A DNA stretch of 61,409 bases from Candidatus Woesebacteria bacterium. Its GTDB lineage: Bacteria > Patescibacteriota > Microgenomatia > UBA8517. The notes below the pieces were generated by a model that searched no databases, was not told the DNA's origin, and saw only the letters and a list, made by a program, of their open reading frames with translations. Every line of letters starts with the position of its first letter. Positions within the stretch are counted from its first letter, which is position 1. Shown here in pieces: positions 55,018 to 61,409 of the stretch. The position numbers were made by a program, and so were the translations under genes. The stretch is from positions 1 through 61,409 of the forward strand of contig JAFGPD010000036.1 of NCBI GenBank assembly GCA_016926185.1. The letters run 5' to 3'.

Positions 55018-55473
55018 GTGAATATTATGAAAATAATCAACAAAAAGGCAAATTATAACTACGTACCACAGGAACGTTATGAAGCAGGAATCGCACTTTC
55101 TGGCAAGGAGGTTAAAGCGTTCCGGAAAGGCGCAGTTGATCTAAGCAGTGCTTACGGCAAAGTGATAAATGATGAAATGTATCTTGTCGGAGCTAACTTT
55201 TCGGTCGACGAAAATCCAGCAAGAAGCAGGAAATTACTGCTTCACAGAAAAGAAATAGTATCAATTTTGACCAAAATCAAGGCCAAAAGTTTGACTTTAG
55301 TGCCTACTAAAATGTATAATAAGAAACGTTTGATAAAGTTAGAGCTCGCGCTGGCCAAGCCTAAAAAGCAGTTTAGTAAAAAGGAAAGTAAAAAACGTGC
55401 TGACTTGGACCGCGAAGCTGAAAGAGAACTAAGACAAGACAAAATGGATTTTCAGAAGGAAAATAGAAGTTGA
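55018..55473 (+). CDS. smpB: SsrA-binding protein SmpB
   Basis: NKKANYNY...YEAGIALSGKEVKAFRKG...RSRKLLLHRKEI. The track start is a GTG at 55018, and the ATG at 55027 is an alternative. It lies directly upstream of the tmRNA. Confidence 0.9.
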   Translation: MNIMKIINKKANYNYVPQERYEAGIALSGKEVKAFRKGAVDLSSAYGKVINDEMYLVGANFSVDENPARSRKLLLHRKEIVSILTKIKAKSLTLVPTKMYNKKRLIKLELALAKPKKQFSKKESKKRADLDREAERELRQDKMDFQKENRS

Positions 55474-55582
55474 TTTTGAAAATTGGAAATTGATAATAGA
55501 CAGCGCGGCTGGTGCAGGGCCAGTTAGATAGTTTTAAAACATCTAACGGCCCCGTTGGATGCGCAAAGCGTTATCCTACCGG

Positions 55583-56001
55583 GGGGACGAATTAGGTCTC
55601 GACGGGAAATGCTCTTTAAAACTTGCAAGCCGAGTTTGACTCACACTCGCAAAAATGGGTTAAAAAAATAAACGCAAATCGAAACGATTCGCGTCTCGCC
55701 AGAGCCTGGGCTCTTCTAAAGAGCATGGGCAAAGGAATGGACAGCTATGCTGCTCCAGCTTTAGCTTATAGCTAACGAGTGTCTCTCGGATTTGTCTCTC
55801 AACCAAGCCGAGCAGGCATCAACCAGTTGAGATATAACTAATGATCAATGGTTGATGGTTAATAGTTGAATATAAATCATCCTTACTTTAGGTTTTCTTG
55901 TTGGCAAGATCAAACTTAAAGGAAATCAAAACCGCCAACTAAGCTTGTAGAAAGGTTTTTAAGATATTTTTCGGACGCGGGTTCGACTCCCGCCGTCTCC
56001 A
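55583..56001 (+). ncRNA. ssrA: tmRNA (SsrA), about 419 nt, CCA not encoded
   Basis: The 5' GGGGACGAATTAGGTCTCGACGGG pairs with the 3' GGACGCGGGTTCGACTCCCGCCGTCTCCA (G3-U70 present). The candidate tag frame ends ...YAAPALAYS-TAA at 55773-55775. Confidence 0.9.
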
Positions 56002-56070
56002 CTACTTCGCCCCGATTTAAATCGGGGCTACGAAGTGCATAGCACTTTGCTATCGAAGTAGTGTCCTTCG

Positions 56071-56106
56071 AAGTCCTATTCTTGGGACGAAGTAGGACTT
56101 TTTTTT
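56071..56106 (+). terminator. Candidate intrinsic terminator after the tmRNA
   Basis: AAGTCCT (56071-77) pairs with AGGACTT (56094-56100), followed by TTTTTT. Confidence 0.45.
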
Positions 56107-56199
56107 ATCATCTAGTCTCTGTCGGAGTTCCGAAGTGTACAGCACCCTTTTTGAAGAAGTGCTCTGCGAAGCTTCAGCGAAGTAGAGCTATAATTAATT

Positions 56200-56439
56200 G
56201 TGTACTGCGTTTATATTCTGAAATTAAAAGACGGTTCCTACTATACTGGGTATTCCAACAGCCTCAAACAAAGAATTAGTGAACACAAAAGAGGAATAGT
56301 AAATACAACTAAAAACCTTTTACCTGTCACTTTGGTTTTTTATGCAGCATTTACTTCTAAAAAAAAGGCATTAGAATTTGAAAAATACATAAAAAAAGGC
56401 TCTGGTTTCGCTTTCAGAAACAAAAGGTTAATCTCCTAA
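56200..56439 (+). CDS. GIY-YIG nuclease-family protein (YhbQ/COG2827-like, 79 aa; GTG start)
   Basis: YCVYILKLKDGSYYTGYSNSLKQRISEHKRG...VFYAAFTSKKKALEFEKYIKKGSGFAFRNKRL. Confidence 0.8.
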   Translation: MYCVYILKLKDGSYYTGYSNSLKQRISEHKRGIVNTTKNLLPVTLVFYAAFTSKKKALEFEKYIKKGSGFAFRNKRLIS

Positions 56440-58344
56440 ATGCTTGAGTTCAATTAAAAGGAGTTTACCGCCAGTGAGAACGATCGCTTTCCTTTCACTC
56501 TCTGATACGATCACACTTTTCCCTTCCCCTAAACTATCTGATATATATTGGGCAACATATTCACCTTCTTTGTCCAAAACTACGATCCTCTTATCTTCCG
56601 GCTCAAGTATATATAAATAGTTACTTTCTTCATCAGTAAAGATCGATACCCCACTATCTAACGGAGGGAATAAACCTTCTACATCAAAGTTTATTTCATT
56701 GCCCAACGAAAATCTCAAAATTTCTCCGTCATTATTAAGTACCCAAATGTTCCCATCAATTGCCATAGAGGTTGCAGATAAAAAATCGGGTTCTATCCCC
56801 TCAGAAAGCCATTCACTCTTATCCGAAAACCCCTCGTCCGAGCCTGCAATTCTCCAAATTTGAGAGTCCTTTTTTGTCAAAACATAGATATTGCCGGCAA
56901 AGGCAGAGATAAGATCATCGTCCGAAAAACCTTCTTCAACAACCTCCTTTTCATCCAACGACACTTCATATACCTTTCCCTTCTCAAGAACAAAAAATCT
57001 GTCCACATATATTGCTGCTATTTTCGGACTATCAAGTTCTTCATCGCCAGCAATAATATCGGTGCTTTTATTTCTGATCTCAATTGAGACAAGTCTCTCG
57101 TTTTGCCCATCTAAAACTAGCATTAGTTCATCAGATGAAGAGAGCGAACTACCAGAAAAACCTTCCGATAAAAGCGCTAGATCAAGATAAAGCTCTGGTT
57201 CGATCCTATACTCACCTAATATTTTTGATTCGTTCTCACTGATCTTGTTTTGCAGGTCATACACTTCAGGATAAGTTATTTCCTTTTCCAAAAGAATGGC
57301 GACTTTTTCTTTGCTTTGATTAAAAAGCTCTCGGGAACGAACGGGATTAAGCTCATATAGATCTATTGCCTCATCAAGAAAATGTTCCGCCTCCGATATT
57401 GTATCCTCAAACAATGCTCTGCGATCTCTTTTCTGCTTTGTCCTTATCCCAAAAACAATACTGACTATAAGTAAGATCAGAAGTATGGATCCAACAGAAA
57501 CAGCCGTCCGTCTTCTTTTTGACACTGCCTCGTCAACCTCTCTCCCTTTTATTCGAATACTCTGTGAGGCAAGCTTTGATAGCAACCTTTCCACAATGGA
57601 AGTTTTTTTTGACAAAGGCTGTTTTTGATCAGGTTTTAAAACCTGATCACTGGCTTGTGCTAAATCCTCTCTGTGATCTTCAGTAGAATTAGCGACTGGT
57701 TCAATATCTTCTTTCTCATTAAATTGAATAAATACAGCTCCCGACCGACTGCTGTCATCTAAAGATCTTATGCTTGGAATGATCGCTTCGGCAATATCAT
57801 CCAAATCCTTCTTGGCAAGTGCTTCCACTAACAATGTTGTTGATACATTTTTCCGAAGATCACCTGATCCGACCACAAGCATGTCACCTGTATCCGGACG
57901 TCCGGAAGCAGAAACGATACTGTCTCTTCCCTCAATGATCTTTACCAAAACACCTTTTCGGAAAAGGTATACGAAAGACCCTCCGTTCACTACACAATAG
58001 ACAATACCGTTTATAAAAACTGCAATAGCGATCTCTATGTCCAAATCCCCTAGTCGCAGTTCCTCGCTTATTTTATTGACAGCATCCTTTAAGGCAGTAA
58101 ACGCTGATTTATCGGTATTTCCATAATATTCCTCGTGTATTCTCGTCAGCACTTCCCGTGCCATGAGAACCTTGTCAACCTCTTGTTCACCTTCCGAAAT
58201 GACACTCTCACCAGAGATAACCGCAAAAGATCTTCCTCTTTTTGATAACTTTATCTCGTCAGAAGGAGTGTAGTCATGCACCTGAACCCAACCTTGTCCT
58301 TCACCATTACCAAAAGCTTTGGCAGAAGAGATTATAAAATCCAT
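56428..58344 (-). CDS. Membrane protein: N-terminal PP2C-like(?) domain, single TM, C-terminal beta-rich domain
   Basis: 638-aa ORF with a TM segment (AVSVGSILLILLIVSIVFGI). The N-terminal pattern is only loosely PP2C/SpoIIE-like. Confidence 0.5.
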   Translation of the reverse strand: MDFIISSAKAFGNGEGQGWVQVHDYTPSDEIKLSKRGRSFAVISGESVISEGEQEVDKVLMAREVLTRIHEEYYGNTDKSAFTALKDAVNKISEELRLGDLDIEIAIAVFINGIVYCVVNGGSFVYLFRKGVLVKIIEGRDSIVSASGRPDTGDMLVVGSGDLRKNVSTTLLVEALAKKDLDDIAEAIIPSIRSLDDSSRSGAVFIQFNEKEDIEPVANSTEDHREDLAQASDQVLKPDQKQPLSKKTSIVERLLSKLASQSIRIKGREVDEAVSKRRRTAVSVGSILLILLIVSIVFGIRTKQKRDRRALFEDTISEAEHFLDEAIDLYELNPVRSRELFNQSKEKVAILLEKEITYPEVYDLQNKISENESKILGEYRIEPELYLDLALLSEGFSGSSLSSSDELMLVLDGQNERLVSIEIRNKSTDIIAGDEELDSPKIAAIYVDRFFVLEKGKVYEVSLDEKEVVEEGFSDDDLISAFAGNIYVLTKKDSQIWRIAGSDEGFSDKSEWLSEGIEPDFLSATSMAIDGNIWVLNNDGEILRFSLGNEINFDVEGLFPPLDSGVSIFTDEESNYLYILEPEDKRIVVLDKEGEYVAQYISDSLGEGKSVIVSESERKAIVLTGGKLLLIELKHLGD

Positions 58345-58371
58345 AAGTCTTATCCTAATTATACAAATAAC

Positions 58372-58596
58372 CTACAATAAAACTACAGAAGATATGAGAA
58401 CTCCAAGTGAAGCAAGCATATGAATATAAGAAACTGCAACTATAAATTCATCCAATTCAACATCCAACGTCTCTGTCATTAGCTTTGCCTGTTTTACAAC
58501 TACAGCAGAAAAAATAACGTATATGCCCAAAAAGATAAGTATTGCAGTTTTTCCTGCTATCCAAAGATCTGCAACCACTGTTTCTATTAAATCCAT
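58372..58596 (-). CDS. Small membrane protein (2 TM)
   Basis: 74-aa hydrophobic ORF in the same-strand cluster. Confidence 0.5.
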   Translation of the reverse strand: MDLIETVVADLWIAGKTAILIFLGIYVIFSAVVVKQAKLMTETLDVELDEFIVAVSYIHMLASLGVLISSVVLL

Positions 58597-58632
58597 TTAA
58601 TATTTTCCAAAAAAATGCAAATGTTTCAAAGG

Positions 58633-59373
58633 TTATCTAACCCTTCCTTCAATTTTCTCCTGCTCTTCTTCAACTCTCAGATCCCTCAATATCCTTGCGA
58701 CAATATCCGGGTTGGGTATTGCCTCAAAAAGTATGTGCGGAACCTCAGCAGATGTTTGTATCTCAACATCACCAAAATTGAAATAGGTTCTTACAGCGCC
58801 TCCTATCTTTACGGTCACATCTTCAATTTTATCAATGTTTGCATCGGTAAGTTCCCGGTATATCAGGTTGTGAAAATCCACCTCTATTATCCGCTCATCT
58901 GTTACAATGTTCACATTGAAAAACCAGGACAGGAATTCTTCAAAGACAAATGCTGTGGTTATCATATACCAAATGATCGTTAATATTATCTGATAATTCA
59001 TAGGAAGATATTCAAAAAAAGGCATAACCGACAAAAATGCCGGAGATATGATCATCACAAAAGCTATAATTATCGGTTTCACATTGGTAAGCGGATGACG
59101 GCGTAAAAGAAGTATTATCTCCTCCTCCGGGTCTTTATTGGCAAATTTCACTTTATCCGGATAATACAAAAATGAAGAAAGGGGGTTATTGGTTCTTTTT
59201 GGAACAGAAGATGTGAACTCCCTGATGTTTTTTTCCAATCTCTTCTTTCTTTTCAGACCACGAGTTTTCTCAGCATCAGAATTTTCAGTTTTTCTATTCT
59301 TAACAGTCCCCGAAGCTTTTTTAAATTTTCTGTAAACCGTGAAGTCTTCCTCTGTTTTTGATGTATCTGACAT
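58633..59373 (-). CDS. Membrane protein with a bacterial PH-like (YdbT-like) domain
   Basis: 246 aa with a TM hairpin followed by ITDERIIEVDFHNLIYRELTDANIDKIEDVTVKIGG. Confidence 0.5.
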   Translation of the reverse strand: MSDTSKTEEDFTVYRKFKKASGTVKNRKTENSDAEKTRGLKRKKRLEKNIREFTSSVPKRTNNPLSSFLYYPDKVKFANKDPEEEIILLLRRHPLTNVKPIIIAFVMIISPAFLSVMPFFEYLPMNYQIILTIIWYMITTAFVFEEFLSWFFNVNIVTDERIIEVDFHNLIYRELTDANIDKIEDVTVKIGGAVRTYFNFGDVEIQTSAEVPHILFEAIPNPDIVARILRDLRVEEEQEKIEGRVR

Positions 59374-59426
59374 ATGAGAATTATATCATCAACGATTATC
59401 AAATGATCGGCAGGGTATTAACTTAC

Positions 59427-61145
59427 TCAAAGCTTTTCAACATTAAAAAGCGTGCTTTTTAATCCTATATAGCCGGGGGCGCGAAGATTGAAAGCTTTTT
59501 TGAATTCTTCTCCCGACATTGTTGCGCTGCCTTTATTAGTTGAAAAGCTAACGGTCTGGGTCGTCCCGCCATTTGAATAAACCACGGAAACTCCACTCAC
59601 CGAAGTGTAGCCTCCAATTGAAGCAAGTTCCCCTATTGAATACGGGTTACCTCCCCAGCATCCTGTATCAACAGGTGATATCCTTCCAACATCACCACCG
59701 CCTTTATACAAAACGTGCCATGCATTTAAGATGTCTGACATCTCTTCGTTTGTCAGCCAGGGACTGTTTCTACCGCAGGATTCGCCCGATCGCTTTTTAT
59801 ACCAACCCTTATAAAACCAGGGTGAGCCGGCAATTTTTTCGTAAGCCGTATCCGGCCAATTGCCAGATGCATCCTTTATTCCGTTCCATCCCCAATTGCT
59901 GATAGTAAATCCGCCCGAAGTGGAAGCATAATAGGTCTTTGCAGGAACCCCGCCTGTTGTCAAAACCCAGCCCCTTGTTGCCCGCACTGCCTCCGCCCAT
60001 TTTCCGCTTTTCAGCTGTGGCTTATACACTTGACAGGATTCAGTTGCACAGATCGTCCCTGAACCTCCTCCTGTGACTGCCAGTGCATATGTCCTTGCAG
60101 CAACAGCTTGAGCTTTAAGTGCCTCAAAACCACCCTTATCCCCCCAGCTTTCCGGAACTTCATAGATCCCCAAAAGATAATTGTCCTCAAAGGAGATCGT
60201 TCCGTAACCGCTGACATTTATCGTTGCCGGAATCGGATATCCTTTATTCAGCTCAGTACCCTGATAATAGGCGGATAAAATTTGCTCTGCTGATTGACCC
60301 GACTGACTTCGTCCCAACGCACCATATTGGCTCATCCCTGTCCTGTGAGGAGCACCGAAAGAAAAGGCTGCAAAAGCCGGCCGGAAACCCGGATCGCAGA
60401 AATTACTTGAACCGGGTGGTCCGCTGCATGGTTCAAGTGTTGGCGGGGTATCACCTATCGATGTCTGAAAACCTGCCGCCTTAAGTGCCATCAACTCTTG
60501 TTGTTTGCCGGAAAGCTCCGTCAGATAGCTTTCAACCTTTTCAACCTCTCCTTCCAAAAACTCCTCCCTTTGGGAAACTGATGATCTCACCTGAGCCAGT
60601 CTTTCTTTCTGGCTTTGAAGATTTTCTTTATCTTTTTCAAGCTGGATCAGATCAACCACATAACTTTCCATTATTTTCCTGTCCTCATCAATTGCTTTTT
60701 GCCTTAGGGCAATTTCGCGAAATGCCTCAGACGCATGCTTTGAAGAAAGAAATGGCAGAAGCGGATCATAAATTCGGATGAAACGATAATGATTTTCTGT
60801 CTTTTCCTTAAAGATCTCTTGGGCATAAGCAAGGTCCTCTTCCCTCCCCTGGATATCCTGCTCAACTCCCTCCAGCTGATCAGAAAGATCGGCAATCTCT
60901 GCAGCTAAATTCTTAAGCTGGGTACGAAGATCATCCAGCTCCTGCTTGTTGTATTCATGGGCCGGTTTCAGCGCATCGATCTCCCTTTGAATCTCTGCTA
61001 TGCGGCAGTCATAATCTGTATCGGGGCAACTTGATGCGCTTGCGCTAAGGGTAAAAAGGTAAAAGAGTAAAAAAGTAAAAGTAATTAATACAACAAACGG
61101 AATTAATCCTGCAACTTTACTCTTTCTAATTGTTAATAATTTCAT
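59427..61145 (-). CDS. SpoIID/LytB-domain protein with an N-terminal coiled coil
   Basis: Signal/anchor, a long heptad region, then EALKAQAVAARTYALA (the SpoIID signature). Confidence 0.75.
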   Translation of the reverse strand: MKLLTIRKSKVAGLIPFVVLITFTFLLFYLFTLSASASSCPDTDYDCRIAEIQREIDALKPAHEYNKQELDDLRTQLKNLAAEIADLSDQLEGVEQDIQGREEDLAYAQEIFKEKTENHYRFIRIYDPLLPFLSSKHASEAFREIALRQKAIDEDRKIMESYVVDLIQLEKDKENLQSQKERLAQVRSSVSQREEFLEGEVEKVESYLTELSGKQQELMALKAAGFQTSIGDTPPTLEPCSGPPGSSNFCDPGFRPAFAAFSFGAPHRTGMSQYGALGRSQSGQSAEQILSAYYQGTELNKGYPIPATINVSGYGTISFEDNYLLGIYEVPESWGDKGGFEALKAQAVAARTYALAVTGGGSGTICATESCQVYKPQLKSGKWAEAVRATRGWVLTTGGVPAKTYYASTSGGFTISNWGWNGIKDASGNWPDTAYEKIAGSPWFYKGWYKKRSGESCGRNSPWLTNEEMSDILNAWHVLYKGGGDVGRISPVDTGCWGGNPYSIGELASIGGYTSVSGVSVVYSNGGTTQTVSFSTNKGSATMSGEEFKKAFNLRAPGYIGLKSTLFNVEKL

Positions 61146-61338
61146 TTCTTAGATATTATTCTTGATTCATAAATCTTAAATCATAAATCCTAAATCTTTA
61201 ATCTAATTTTTCACTATGCTTTATACACTTTATCTTATGCTCTTTGTATTATGCTCTATGCTCTATATCAGTAAAATTATACCAATTACTGTATATATAG
61301 ATAGTATCTGCAAAGCTCTTTATGAATAGGACGCGATA

Positions 61339-61380
61339 CATTCCGGAATGAACGTGATCTGGAATGAGCAACGAAACAAA
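61339..61380. repeat. Partial/degenerate GTCATTC-family element
   Basis: CATTCCGGAATG is a perfect 12-bp palindrome. TCTGGAATGAGCAACGAAAC resembles TCTGGAACGAAAC of element 25442-25526. Confidence 0.4.
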
Positions 61381-61409
61381 CAGAATTAGATTTCTAACAT
61401 CACATTTCA

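Noticed and set aside
55007-55019. 13-mer AGGGTAAAAAGGT shared with 61048-61060
   Set aside because: Both lie in GTAAAAG-type low-complexity runs. One is the smpB leader and the other encodes a Phe/Leu/Thr-rich signal peptide on the opposite strand. This is probably compositional coincidence.
55500-55582. Hairpin GGCC-A-GTTAGAT...ATCTAAC-GGCC between smpB and the tmRNA as a separate ncRNA or terminator
   Set aside because: There is no U-tract and it lies directly upstream of the tmRNA 5' end. It is most simply part of the precursor leader, and there is not enough evidence for a separate feature.
56061-56279. Track ORF 56061-56279 (+) across the CGAAGT array
   Set aside because: It overlaps the candidate tmRNA terminator and the GIY-YIG start, and its sequence is dictated by the repeat motifs. 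It is unlikely to be coding.
1-61409. Alternative genetic code (for example UGA recoding, as in some CPR lineages)
   Set aside because: Long, motif-complete ORFs (rpoD, dnaG, ACD, hydrogenase) read through under the standard code, and TGA is used as a stop (for example the protease gene and hypC).

Overview
This is an AT-rich, very tightly packed bacterial window. The bacterial assignment rests on sigma-70 rpoD, CHC2/TOPRIM dnaG, smpB and a tmRNA. I support about 58 protein genes, 6 tRNAs (Asn-GTT, Arg-GCG and all four Ser isoacceptors) and 1 tmRNA. I saw no rRNA, CRISPR array, integrase or transposase. The gene style resembles Candidate Phyla Radiation/Patescibacteria genomes: strong GGAGG Shine-Dalgarno sites, many polytopic GT-C-like membrane proteins, DUF2207, SpoIID, several NUDIX genes and a fermentative redox set. 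That placement is inference only.

Layout:
- 1-8.9 kb: a 5'-truncated giant tail-fibre-like surface protein, an HEXXH membrane protein and a Wzy/TPR protein.
- 9-15 kb: a minus-strand run of redox and metal genes (rhodanese, DUF2202, DUF134/DUF5320, receiver domain, peroxiredoxin, MntP).
- 15-30 kb: a redox island. It holds an ADP-forming acetyl-CoA synthetase fused to an FNR-like domain, a 2-oxoacid:ferredoxin oxidoreductase, an FNR-like protein plus ferredoxin, a divergent [NiFe] hydrogenase with protease, HypC and a HypC-like fusion, and a minimal SufBC-type system.
- 30-36 kb: cysK and small accessory genes.
- 36-39 kb: mscL and the dnaG-rpoD pair.
- 39-52 kb: an envelope and glycosylation cluster with a CarS-like gene.
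- 52-61 kb: tRNAs, comF, smpB-ssrA and a SpoIID cluster.

Most interesting observations:
1. Small YhbQ-type GIY-YIG genes sit immediately 3' of tRNA-Asn and the tmRNA. The tRNA-Asn copy is bracketed by an exact 14-nt duplication of the tRNA 3' end. tRNA-Ser(GGA) carries a gene-less 17-nt duplication of its 3' end. All three loci share a CTTCGCC-like junction motif. Together this suggests a minimal, integrase-less tRNA-targeting cassette.
2. The acetyl-CoA synthetase (ACD)-FNR fusion is translationally coupled to the oxidoreductase genes.
3. The hydrogenase has substitutions at conserved histidines, and a HypC-like domain is buried inside a larger Cys-rich protein.
4. A family of GTCATTC-type palindromic elements with compensatory stem substitutions punctuates the hydrogenase locus.

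All functional calls come from motif recognition by eye. No searches were run.
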